The notes beneath the pieces are model-generated. The model had not been told where the DNA came from and made no database searches. It saw only the letters and a list, made by a program, of their open reading frames with translations. Of a stretch of DNA of 64,000 nt, positions 1 through 11,265 are shown one piece after another. Position 1 is the first letter of the stretch. Each line of letters opens with the position of its first letter. The translations under genes were made by a program, and so were the position numbers. Source of the stretch: Moniliella sp. 'wahieum' (Eukaryota); the NCBI GenBank assembly GCA_003971905.1, contig RSEE01000002.1:806001-870000 (forward strand), written 5' to 3'.

Positions 1-699
1 AGGCCAAAACGCTCGATGCGGGCAACTAGTTGCTCGGCTCTTTGCTGCACATCCTCCTCCCCGCCCTGGCCGAGTCCAGAGATGTGGAGCCTGCGGGAAG
101 CCATTCACGTGAGATGGGACGGCAGCGGCGGTGCCGATGGTACTGGCGAGAGGCACATGCACCTGCCCGCGACGTTTGGGGAGGGGCGCCAAAAAAAAAG
201 GACGAGGGCGGGTGGTACAGCTTGCACCGATCGCCAGGCTCAGTATGTTCAACGTTCAATAGTTCAGTTTGGATGGCATACCACGTGCCACGTGACATGC
301 ATCATGTCCATCATGCGTCGCCCAGCAAAGAGAATCCTACCAGTCGGGCCCAAGAAAGAAAACTCAACAGGAAAAGGTGGTGGGTGTGCGCGCCGACGCG
401 CCAAGAGGTGTGTCGGGACGCTCCGCTTGCTCTCTAGTATATCCCCCTCTCCACGCTTCAAGCTCGCTCTCCTAGTCATGTCGACATTGAAGAGTTATTT
501 GATGTGACCCTACTGCCGCTCCAGCGCCCTGGGCCCGGCCTATGTAGTCGTCGAGTCTGCTGAACGATCGAAACGACGGAAAAACCTGGCACCCTCCTTG
601 GCACATAACAACGAACTGCACAAGGTCTCCGCGCCACTACCATCATGGGACTAACTCTATCGATGAGGGAAATGGTGCGGTATTAAACGTTTCCCCCTC

Positions 700-2300
700 T
701 CAGAGGTGCCCCCACAGCTTGATTGTCCGATCAAAGCCCACAGCGGCAACGTGTTCTTGATCAGGGGATATGTCAACGCTCATGATCTTGTTGTCTCCTC
801 CTGTCCGGAGCTCACGCTGGAGCTGCCAGTCGTCCGCGGACCAAAGCCGAACCGTACCATCGTATCCGGATGTGGCCAAGAAGAGGCCGTCTGATGGGAG
901 CTGGGTGCCTTCGTCGTCAAAAAGGTCCTGGGTTGTGTCCATCACTTCGGCTGAATCTTCACCCAAGGTAGCCTGGTAGTCCAACCAGGACTGGCGTGCA
1001 TCCGGATTGGGAGGGGGCGGGAGCGGTAGAAGCGCAGGTCTGACACCGTTGATGTATGAGCAGGAATGGTATAGGTGGTGCCCAGTGCACGCAGGTCCCA
1101 GATTCGAACCGTGTCGTCGTCGCCTCCCGTGGCGGCCTGCCAACTGTTCGGAGCAAAGTCGACCGCCAGAACACTGGATGCATGGCCAGATAGAATCATT
1201 GCCGAACGGCCAGTGCGCACATCCCAAATTCGTACCAATCCATCCAATCCTCCACTTGCAACCAACGCCCCGTCATCTTGAAATTCGACCGTGTACACTC
1301 CGGAGTGCCCCTCTTGGGCGTACAGCTCCTTTTGCACAATCGGGTCCCAGAGCCGCCACGTATGGTCAAACCCAGCAGAAGCGAGGAGAAGACCTTGTGG
1401 ATGGAAAGCTACTCGAGCCACGCGCCCCTGGTGGCCCAGCATGCGCGCTAGAGGTGCCGGCGAATCGATGGACCACAGACCAACCGACCCATCGGCACAA
1501 CCAGTCGCAATATTGGCTGCGCTGCGGGGTAGCCAGAATGTGGCTCCCGGGTGCCAAGCTGCCCCAGAGACCCGGTTCGAGTGACCACGATATACCCCTG
1601 TCCCGCCCGCAGGACGGCTGGGGAAAGGAGCCGGGCTCATGCGAGGCACGTCCCATAGTTTCACGCCACCGCTCCAAGAGGTAGTGAGAAGGTGTTGACC
1701 ATTTGGGCTGAAGCGGGCCATGCTGACCGCACGATCATCTCCAAGCTGACTGCCCAAGAGGGATAACTGGCCAGGCTCGAGCGCAGCAAATGTCTCGCGG
1801 CGTTTGAGGGCAATGTCCTGTAACCTCAACTTGGCCAGCTTACGTTCCCTCTCCACTCTCCTCTTTGCCCGCTGGAGAGAAAAGATCGCTGTGCGTTTGC
1901 GGGCAGCAAGGACTGCTTCCATATCGGTCGGTTCAGTGTAAAATTCTTCTTCTTGATCCTCATCGTCCGACATGTGGTCCACGTCCGACCCGTCGCCTCC
2001 CTCCACTGGAGCATTAAAATCCACCGTCTCCCCCGCTGCAGCCCTCGCCTCCCGCGAGCGCATTTCCCTCTCAGCCAAATAAGCGCGCAGACGCTCTCGC
2101 CGGTCGGGCTCGCGTTCACCAAAAAGAGTCATTGGCTCGTGGTACTCCCGCAGGCGGTGGCGCACCACACGGTCATTGGTCGGAACGGCGAGAGTGCGTG
2201 CTAGCTTCTTGAGCGCCAGCGAGCGCAACGCCTCCCTCTCGGCTTGGGCAGCGCGGGTAGCGGTCTGGGCATTGTACGTGTACTGTACATCCTTATCCAT
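700..2300 (-). CDS. PRP4: U4/U6 snRNP protein Prp4 (PRP4 motif + WD40 repeats); frameshift near 1000-1030
   Basis: ORF 942..2300 has VPTNDRVVRHRLREYHEPMTLFGE..DRRERLR (PRP4 motif), EEEFYTE, GSQLGDDRAVS and WD40 repeats. The last WD repeats (ATSGYDGTVRLWS, GFDRTIKLW) continue in ORF 700..1227. Confidence 0.93.
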
Positions 2301-2850
2301 GGGATCTGAACGAGACGAAGGAAGGGAAGAGGGTCAGACGTGGGGATGCCCCGAACGATACGAGGGAGGGAGGGGTGTCGTACCAGCAGCATCCATGCCC
2401 GGTCGGTCCGTTATGGCGCTGGGCGTACCCCAGCCACGCCCTGCCATGTTGCCTGGTTGGTGGTGAGGCCTCAGCCCGAGACCCGAGGCGAGCAGAGCCA
2501 GTCCAGGCCTCAAGTCAACCGACTGGAGAGGTCCCCCCAGCTGTTCTGTCGCGAAGCGGTGCGCGTTATGAACGTTTGAAACGAGTTGCTCGTCTGGGCG
2601 TGTTCAACGTTCAATTGAACGTTCAACCATTCAACCGTTCACCCGCTCAAGTCCGCGCGGCCTCCAATTCCGCTGTGCCTGCGGTGCCTGTGCGGCACGG
2701 TGCGACTGGCCCGTTCATGTGCGCTGGCTGCCACGTGCCAGGCAGTGCTCCCAGGACGCGAATCTCCCATGTGGCGCCCCGCTTGGCGCGCGCCAAGCCG
2801 TTTGGCCCCGCCTCGATCTCACCACCACCTGCTCCCTCTTCTTGCCAAGC

Positions 2851-3710
2851 ATGGGCTTCCGCGCTGCTTTCGTCTTCTCGGCGGTCGCCTTCCTCTACGG
2901 TATGTCCTACTGATGTCCTATTCCCCTTGGTGGCCCCGTGCCCCAAGCACTGCCTTTCGCGCCCCGCAGCACCGGACCAGCTGATCCGTCTGTCCTTGCT
3001 GCCATCGTCTGTATCCCCAGGTGTGCTTTTCATCGCCTCAATCTATGACTTCCCGCTGCTCTATGGCAGCCAAGTCTCGGAAGACAAGGTCGCTGCCGCG
3101 CAAGCGTTTTACCTGTCCATCTATCAGGGACCCAAATCAGTGCAGGCTCTGTTTCATGGCGTGACCGGCGTGGGCATTCTCGCCCTCGTGGCCAAGATCC
3201 ACCGCTGGTCCGAATTGGCCATGTACTTTGACGGAGGCAGTCTGGGTGCGTACCTCGTACCTTTCTTTTCCCCAGACATACCGGTTCGATGCTGACGATT
3301 TCACATCTGGGGGGGACGCAGTGCTGTACATGGCGGCTGTGTGCATGTATCTGGCAGTGACAGTGCCCAACATGCGTCTGCTGTCGGATCCGACCAACGA
3401 GAACTATGTATGGGGATCGGCACTTGCCACCCAGCGTTCCAAGTGGCAAGAAGACTTCGAGAAGGGCTCGGTCAGCACGCCTGCGCCGACAGGGCCGATG
3501 CAGGACAGCGAGCGGTCGAGTGTGTTGCGGATCATTGGTGCGGTCAACACCATGTCGCTCCTGCTTCTGGCGGGAGTGGTGCTCCTGCAAGGCAGCGAAT
3601 GGTACATGGACCGGCAGGAGCGCATCGAAAAGGCGCAGCGCAAGGAGGCGCAGGTCCAGCAGCTCTTGGATGAAGCACGCGCGATCAAGGAGGGCAAAAA
3701 GGACCAGTAG
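2851..3710 (+). CDS. SHR3: Shr3-like ER membrane chaperone for amino-acid permeases; introns about 2900-3020 and 3246-3321
   Basis: Spliced product MGFRAAFVFSAVAFLY|GVLFIASIYDFPLLY..KIHRWSELAMYFDGGSL|VLYMAAVCMYLAV..LRIIGAVNTMSLLLLAGVVLLQG has four hydrophobic segments and a charged tail. Donors GTATGT/GTGCGT, branch points CTGAT/CTGAC, CAG acceptors. Confidence 0.8.
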
Positions 3711-4682
3711 CGCGCGCAAGTTTACGCGCAATCCGTTATCGCCTATGTGAATGTGGATGACATTCCTAAAAACGGAACTCGGTGCTGTATTGTCCGCGAA
3801 GGAAAGGTCCGAGAGGGGTATAAAGAAGGGTCTGCCTTGCTCCCTCGCTGTCATCAAGCTGTCGATTCCGAGCATCGAGAGCTGGTACGCCCTTACCAAG
3901 TTGTAGGGACAGAAAGCATAACAGAAAGAGCTGGAAAGTTGAATGCAAATGAACAGGGGATGACTGGTACAGATATGTATACAGAAAGAGATTCTTTGTG
4001 CCATTTCCGTCGGCCCGCAAGACCCGCCCCTCTGCAAGAATGATTAATGATAGAAGTCATGGTGGCTAAGTATGATGGAAATAAGTTCACTATGCTATCT
4101 TGCACACAGCCCAGGGTCCACGCTACCCCTACCCGCAACCCATTGATCGATGTGTTGGGCTGAGATGTCTACGACATGCGGGGCTCAGCGTCGGGAGATA
4201 ACCGGAGCGCCCGTAACAAGAACGTGTTAGTCATATACCCCAAAGGAAGTATATCAGTCGGTGCGTACTTATAGTTGGATGTGTCGCGGACGACAGCACG
4301 TCAACCCATGGAGATGGGGATGGAGCCGGGCTATCATTTGCTAGTGACGCGGTGAGTTCATCGGTCTGCTATATACTCTGCTATGTATTTGGAGTCGTGG
4401 GTCAATTGGGCAAGGTAACCGTTAAAGCGTCATACGATTCTGGAAAGGGACTCGGAAGGGTGGTGTACACCCATACGATGCATGAGGCGCCAGCGAGGGG
4501 AGAAGAGAGGGGATGGTCTCAACATAATTGGGGGAGAGAGGGTATTAGGTGCGAGAAGAGAAGTATTGGAGCGATTTGGTCTAACCGAGAGACACGGGCG
4601 GGTGTAAAAAATTAATATTTTGCTTAGATGACCACATCACCCAAAAATGCGTAGAATTTGGTGCGGAACGTTTTTGACATTG

Positions 4683-4820
4683 TGGCCACATGAGGTTAAG
4701 CGCTTTGGCCCAAGAGGTCAAGCGCTTTGGCCACATGAAGTCAAGCGCTTGGCCACATGCGCTCAATGGCTTTGGCCACATGCGCTCAAGCCCTTAGCTC
4801 AAATGTGCCCAAACGCTTAG
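4683..4820. repeat. Degenerate 22-23 bp tandem repeat, about 6 copies (consensus TGGCCACATGMGSTCAAGCGCTT)
   Basis: Read directly: tggccacatgaggttaagcgctt / tggcccaagaggtcaagcgctt / tggccacatgaagtcaagcgct / tggccacatgcgctcaatggctt / tggccacatgcgctcaagccctt. Confidence 0.85.
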
Positions 4821-5159
4821 CTGTTGATTGGATGCGTGCTTGTAGGCTCTCCAACCGGCTGGCTGGCATCGATCCAGAACTACTAGATTTATAGGCAGGG
4901 TAGGTATTTTTTAGGTATAGAATGCATTCGAAGATCGCTGGGAAGGAAGCACCACAACGTAGTAGAGCAGCAAGCGGTTCAGAAAGTGGCAGGTTAGTGT
5001 GAGGGGAGTGCGCACTAGGGAGACGCTGGCCAAGTCAGCAGCAGCATAGGGTTAGCGAGAGACACAGAAAATGTGCGACGGACTCACAGGTCAGGCGATC
5101 AAGACGGCCAGTAGCGAGGGCAAGCGGGATGAAGTCGGAATGTACACTGGAGGGCGAAC

Positions 5160-5780
5160 AAGGTTAGGAACAGCGGGCATATAACAGAAGGGACGTACGA
5201 TAACGAAACAGGTCAGATGAGTCGAGGCGAACAAGACGAGACGAACCAACCGTGGGATTCCGTGCATGCAGCAGCTGGGTAGACAGTGTCAGCGGCAGTA
5301 GGACAACTCCAAGCGCGAAGTACGGGGACGTACGATGGCAAGGCAGACCAGCCAAGCGAGAGGACCTTAGGCGAGGCAAAATGGAACCAGACGGACAAGG
5401 CCGAAGGTGAGCGAAACGGTGCATGCACGTCATGCATGCGACCCACCAGGTCAGCAGAAGTGTGGGAATGCGGAGGAAGCGGGCACGTACGATGGCGCTG
5501 CGGATCAGGTTGAAACGAGGGCAAGATGGCCCGCGAGGGGGAGTCTGTGTACGCGGGGTCAGCAACAGAGCGCTGGTGGGCAGAGAACACATACGACAAA
5601 AGCAATGCAGACAGTGAGAGGGGCCGGGGCGAAAGACAGAGGGGGCGTTCACCAGAGATACTGACGAGGCGAGGAGGACGGAGTGTGGCGGGAGAGGGAA
5701 TGGAGACGTACGGCAAGCAATGCAGGCCAGGCGAGGAGAACCGAGCGATGGGGGCGGGACTAGCAAAAGGCGGTCAGTAA
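5160..5780 (+). mobile_element. Degenerate retroelement gag-like relic with CCHC zinc knuckle
   Basis: Purine-rich broken ORFs. At about 5458-5501, aagtg-tgggaatgc..cac..tgc gives KCWECGGSGHVRWRC (CX2CX4HX4C) if one base is restored. It is preceded by a second partial CTSC knuckle. No pol or LTR identified. Confidence 0.45.
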
Positions 5781-6003
5781 GCAGTGCAGGCAGCAACGAT
5801 GGTGATGTTGATGTCCAGGGGAAGAAGATGGTGCTGTTGCGCCGTGGGACAGAGCACTCTGCGTTGTGCTGGCTGCAGAGATGGGATACTGGTTGCTATG
5901 GGCGCAATGAGAGGGGCGGGGCGGTGGTGAGGAGACATGATGCAACCATAGAGGAGCAGGAGGTAAAAGGAGGCGCGCGTGGCGCAGCCAATCTGTGCGC
6001 ACA

Positions 6004-6064
6004 GGCCAATCTGGGCCACGCCAGGGGCCTATAGGCAATCCTGGGCCACACCAGGGGCCTAGGT
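6004..6064. repeat. About 30-bp tandem duplication (aatc(c)tgggccacrccaggggccta x2)
   Basis: Read directly from the sequence. Confidence 0.8.
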
Positions 6065-6199
6065 AAGCTATTATATCTGTCTAACGCCGCAACACTAGCG
6101 GCCCCTGCAGCAGTGTTCGAGGGTCTAATAATCATCAATCAAGCTTCAAGAGCGCCCTCTTGAGTTGCCTATTTGCGACTTGCTGTAGTACTAGTTGTC

Positions 6200-6436
6200 T
6201 GTTGCGACGGTGACTAGTTACTGGCTTCACCGAACGCGACGCACTTGCAGCTTCTCTAGCCCCGAGGCTCCGCGGGCTCCGAAGACTGCTGATGCGCGCG
6301 TAAGTCCACGACGAGTAGCCTAGTTCAGTAGCCCTCGTCCTGCTTCCTACCACCGACGCCTATCTCTCGCCCGCAATCGATCGCCTACGCTACTGTCCCA
6401 AAACGCTTCAGCATCCATTGCGGTCTCCATAGCCGG
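6200..6436 (+). repeat. Dispersed repeat, copy 1 (about 240 bp); homologous to 40993-41270
   Basis: Shared blocks in the same order: tgttgcgacggtgact, actggcttcaccga, ccgcgggct, cgaagactgctgatgc, gtagccctcgtcctgcttcc, tctcgcccgcaatcgatcgcctac, cattgcggt..ccatagc. Confidence 0.9.
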
Positions 6437-6949
6437 GTGAATCGCTGTGCAGGTCACGATTATCCTCACTTGAGCTATACTATGACTAGTGACCTACGGT
6501 GTTACATCAAGTGTTACAATCAGCTTCAAGTGAATGGGCACCACATGACTTTTACAAGCTGGGGCGAAGCCCAGCTGCCCGGGCCCTAGGCCCGTGGTCG
6601 CCTCGTGACTTGTTATGTTCACGCGTTCACGCACGATGCACCAAAGTGCTTGCGATATACGGTGAGACGAACCGCATCAGTATGGTCTGTGTGTTTCGAC
6701 CAGGGGCTATCGCCCCTGGTCGAGGTCAAGGAGCTCCGATGTTGTAACCATTCCATTTAGCTTTGTGTTGGCTTTGTCCATGATCTCCGCAGCCCTAAGT
6801 ATAGCCTCTGTTGCTCTTTCATGCGCCCTTGTATTAGGCGTGTCGTTGGCTGGCGTATTCGACCATCACATGCCAACACTATAGTGCTACCGCATCACCT
6901 ATCAGGTGGCCATCTGGACTGCGCCACTCTCATCTTCAGATAGGGGATC

Positions 6950-8600
6950 ACGCGTCACGAATGTAATACACCTTGGAAGAGCATCAAAGAAGCGGGAGAG
7001 CGTGCGTCTCTGGAGAGGGGGCAAGTTTTAAGGTTAGAGGGGGCCGCGATCGTCTGCCGGACCTGTGACAAAAAAAGCACCCCCAATGCATATCATATGT
7101 ACAACCCATCTCGCCCATCCTTTTACCAAGTCGCCACCGCCATGTTTCGACGTCGGCTCACCAAATGCCGACCGATGGAACGAGCCGCACGCGTGCACTA
7201 TAGGACAGACGCATCTGCTGTACCTTTTCCGCGGCCTGGTCCACGGTGAAGCGGGACGAGAGGTTGCTGTACCAGTTCCCTGCTTGCCCAGTTCGACCGA
7301 TGCCCGGTTTCATGCACTCAAGCACACGAAGGTGCGCAGGTACAGCCACAACGTGGTGCTGGGTGCGAGGATGGGGCCAGTCACGCCATTGACGAGGTGG
7401 CCGAAGAGGCGAGCATGCCCCGGCCACACCTGACGCATGCTCGCCTTCCCTGCTTCCCGTGCCTCCTCGCTGTAGATCTACCATGGCCCGAGGACGAGTT
7501 ATGCCAGACGTAGCCCAGTGTTTCCTTTGGACCACTTCAAGAGCCCACGGCGTGCCCTTTGCCGCCCGCGGGCGCATGACAACCCGCTCGGCGCCCCGAA
7601 TGAGCGTGGTCGAGCAAATCCGCAACCAAGAGACTGCATGGCTAATCGAAATTTCTTGCGCACAATCTTGCACAGCCTTGCCCACCTGAATTTTGTACGT
7701 AGTCCTCACATATCTATCCGGAACCTTGTTACCAGCATTTTCGATTAGCTATGTGATATTCATCAGCGATCTCAACACGGAGGGTATCCCTGACGCAGAG
7801 GGCACCAATATCCGAGCTAGGGGTTGTTGGCTAACCTAAAGACTGGGGTTGGGAAGGATGTGCGCACTATGCTTGTGGCTCTCTCCCATTTGCGGCACTC
7901 CCCATCCTCGAGACCGGAAAAGAGGCCAACGATGAGAAGGAGTTCACGTTTCCGATTCCGGTTTATGACGCTATCGTCGCGGCAGCCGACCTGCATGGTT
8001 TGCTCTTTCCAGGACATGGTACCCCCGCTGCCGGGCAGGCCAGGGCGCAGTTCATGGTAATACGTTCCCACAGCCTTGATTGATATACGGGTTTAGACGC
8101 TGACATGCCTGTTATGGCTGGAACCGTACCGGGCGACCCAGACTGCATATCGATTTGTCGAATGCCTTTCGAGACTCGGCCCCTACAGCGCCATGATCGC
8201 GACGCGACTGAAGCTCCATCTCCTCCTGGCGCATACGTCTGATGTGCTCGAATTGTTCGGCCCTCTCCAGAACACGGACGCTGCCAGATTCGAGGGTCGC
8301 GTGAAGCACATCTGTGCGTCCGTTGCCCATTGCAACTTCTACAAGCTCCCGGGTGACACCTTTTCGTACAACGTCATGATCGCCGAGAAGATTCTGCACC
8401 ACTCTTCACCGGGGTACGATGTGTCTAGTTGATGGCTCGGTGGTGGCTCGGCCTGGGCTCCTCCCGGGTGCTGGAGCAAGGGAAGGAAGAGCCCACTACG
8501 ACTCTGATGGCATCGATATTCCACGAGTAGTCCTGGCCCCGTCCCATAACAGGATTGCAACGAACGGTGCCATGCACCTGTGGGACAAGCGCGCCAAGAA
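6950..8600 (+). pseudogene. Decayed DNA transposase, basidiomycete CMC/EnSpm-like family
   Basis: Collinear motif fragments across frames: HIICTTHLAHP; GREVAVPVP..DARFHA; ET..IEI.RTILH; EGIP..IRARGLLANLKTGVGKDVRTML; KLHLLLAHTSDVLELFGPLQNTDAARFEGRVKHICASVAHCN. The last resembles the K.HLLLH..FGP..TE.FE..R..SVHSN C-terminal motif. Assigned by recall, not by HMM. Confidence 0.6.
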
Positions 8601-9129
8601 GAAGACACCTGCCGTGGCGGCTGTCGGAGGAGGGGCAACAGCGACGACTCTTCGGACAGTGATAATGATTGATGCGAGAACCAAATGGACATGCATTGCG
8701 CGATGAGGATGAGTATAGGTTTGGTGGCAGTCGTCAGTCATCAGTAGCCAGGCCATAGGGTGGTGCGCATCCCGGACCCATCAGCCGGAACTTCTCGAGA
8801 CGTGAGATGGGGCCATGGGCGGCGCTTTGATATGATGCGCATGCGCACATAAGCTTCTTTTGCCGGCGAACGAGCCAGGTGACGGATGACTGTCATGCGT
8901 CCATGCGCAGGGGCATGGCCGAAGCGAAGGGGCGGTTATGGAGTAAGAGGCCAGACGGTGAGGCGTGGGTTGCAAGCCCCAAATGACTGTCGTAACAAGC
9001 GTCGGGTCTCTGCCACCAGCCTCTTAAGCCCCACTCCGCTTATCCAGCCGATCTACTACCCATTTTCCAATCCCGCCATTACCCATATTTCAATTTTTCA
9101 TTTTCACACCCGCCCGTGGACCACAAGGA

Positions 9130-10720
9130 AAAAGTAATAGAACGAGGTTCTTGCCCTACACTGGCTTAGTGCCCTTCCGACGCCGTTGGACTTATCGGTT
9201 GGAAAGAAGGTAGGCACGTCGATCAGGGCCACGACAAAGAGGTGGCGGCCAGGCGCCAGGTTGGCCAAGATGTATGCATTCACTTACATCACCTTGGTCA
9301 GCCAAGGGGGCCAGTCCACCCCGTGTTATCCAACGGGATCAGCTCGATGTACAGCACCCCGGCTTGTGTGTTATGGGGGCATTGGCCACGAAACAACCCA
9401 GCCAAATTCAGTCAGCTGGCTCGCAGGCTCTCAGAGCGGCCTCGCCCACGCGCCATACGAGCACGCTCCGCTGGCCCTTCTCCAAGGCCGCTTCAATCTT
9501 CGTTTTCAACTCTTGGTGACGGTCCCATTCTGGGCCGTTGAAAACTTGTTTTGCTGCTTCTTGGACAGATGATGGAGATAAGGACCTCCTACTGGCTGTG
9601 CTGCAAACTCCTGCAGTGTGTATTGGGAAGAAAGAACGGTGCCGTGCCAGAAGGGATGGAACCTGTTGGCATTCGTCTGTGCACAACCTGGGGCCAAGGG
9701 GCGTAGGGATCAGGGTGAGGGAAGAGGCGCCCATCACTTTGATCTTCTTATACGGCTTATCCTCCCCACTGCCCTCCCGCTCTCCGGGGTCCATAAGCGG
9801 AAGTGTAGAACTCGGAGGGTCGTCGTTGCTTGCCGGGGCTGCCTCGTTCGCCTCCTCCTCTGAAGTGGAGGAGGATGGGACGAGGAAAGGGGACCCAATA
9901 GGTGGGTTTGATGGCCCATTGATTGTTGTGTCCACCTTGTCCTCTTTCTCGGACTCGGTGGGACGGAAGAAATCGTCGTTCAGGCCGAACGGACATGGCG
10001 CCCCCATGTTGACCAGGTCTGCACCTAGGACTCATCGGGCTCCGAGTATTTTTCACTCACCTTCCCGTCCCACTCACCGTCTGAAGATTCGGAGGAGGAG
10101 GAGGCTGTGTTGTCGTCCACGCTTTGCCACGCTTTGCCTCCAAAAAACTGTTTTGGAGATTTTGTTCAAACCGATCGAGGATCGCCTCAAGGTCGGCATT
10201 GAACATGGCGGTAAGCTTCCGCTGAGCCCGCCCCCGCTGATCATGCTCCTATTGGATACGTGGCGGAAAAAGAAAGTACCTCCGCCCGCGCTCGCGGTGT
10301 AAGGTAGCCTTGAGCTTTGACTTCCACTTGGGCTCCGGTTTGGGGGGCGATTTTGAGAGCAGCTTCTTTTTGGTAGGACGGGGGGTATACGAGTCCCCAT
10401 GTGTCCCCTCCCTCTCCCTCATCCTCGTCCCGCAGGCACGAAAACGGGCGCTTGGCCCTTGGGTTAGGTGAAGCAGGCGCGGCGGGGGAGCTGTGGTAAC
10501 GGGGGGTGAATGGACCGTCGGAATCTGTTCGTTCGTGCTAGGATGGTTGCGTGGCCCAGTGTGAGCAAAAGGAAGAAATCCTCGCTTTGCGGGCCGGTCA
10601 AAGACGTCGGATTGGAAGATGTCATCGGCCTCAATATCGGCCCGGGTGCACTTGGCGCTCTGTGGAATGGGGCGGCGCACTGCTGTTGCTGGCGTGGGCT
10701 GCGTTGCTTGATGAAGGCAT
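9130..10720 (-). CDS. Orphan hypothetical gene (fragmented; low-complexity and basic N-terminus, globular-looking C-terminus)
   Basis: Chain of minus-strand ORFs 10249..10884, 10074..10400, 9408..10007 with protein-like text (DIEADDIFQSDVFDRPAKRG; KQVFNGPEWDRHQELKTKIEAALEKGQRSVLVWRVG). Boundaries are approximate. Confidence 0.35.
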
Positions 10721-11061
10721 GATGGTCGTGAGGTGACTGGGGAGCGGGTAGGTCGTAAGGCGACAGGGCAACGGGTAGGGGAGGGGATGGATGGATGGAC
10801 CGTGGTGGTGAGAAGGAGGGCGAGAAGAGGAGGGGAAGCAGTATTTAACTGGATTGGAGTCGGCCGGGGAAGTATTCCGTCCAAGGCGCCTTGCAGCTGG
10901 AGAGTACGGATCTAGGAATGCCCTGGGGATGAAGCTGCGAGGTATGCCCCCGCTGTGGGGATGGCAGAGGAGGCATTGAATATCATCCTCGACTGGACCT
11001 CTTGATGCGAGGGGGGACGCACCCTCACTTACTAGGAGTGCGACGTGACACGTGCGATCAC

Positions 11062-11152
11062 ATGTGACATGGGCTGTGACAGGGGCTGTGACATAGCTGT
11101 GACAGGGGCTGTGACATAGCTGTGAGATGGGCTGTGACATAGCTGTGACATG
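11062..11152. repeat. 11-12 bp micro-array (GCTGTGACA core, about 7 copies) at the head of each 3-kb unit; also about 14065-14157 and 17073-17165
   Basis: gggctgtgacaggggctgtgacatagctgtgacaggggctgtgacatagctgtgagatgggctgtgacatagctgtgacatggg. Confidence 0.9.
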
Positions 11153-11265
11153 GGACGCATCCCCATGGGGGAAGCGGAGTTGAAATGTGCAATGCGAGCC
11201 CGCAGCGCGGTCGTCGGTACGCCGACAAAAGAGCGCGGCTGGAGAGAGTGGCTCGCTTCTGCCGT

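Noticed and set aside
880..1030. Acidic/proline insertion inside the Prp4 WD40 region
   Set aside because: A variable loop at this position is common in fungal Prp4, and the frameshift makes the translation unreliable.
6093..9170. CACTA...TAGTG as termini of the transposase relic
   Set aside because: The match does not extend beyond about 5 bp and no TSD is evident.
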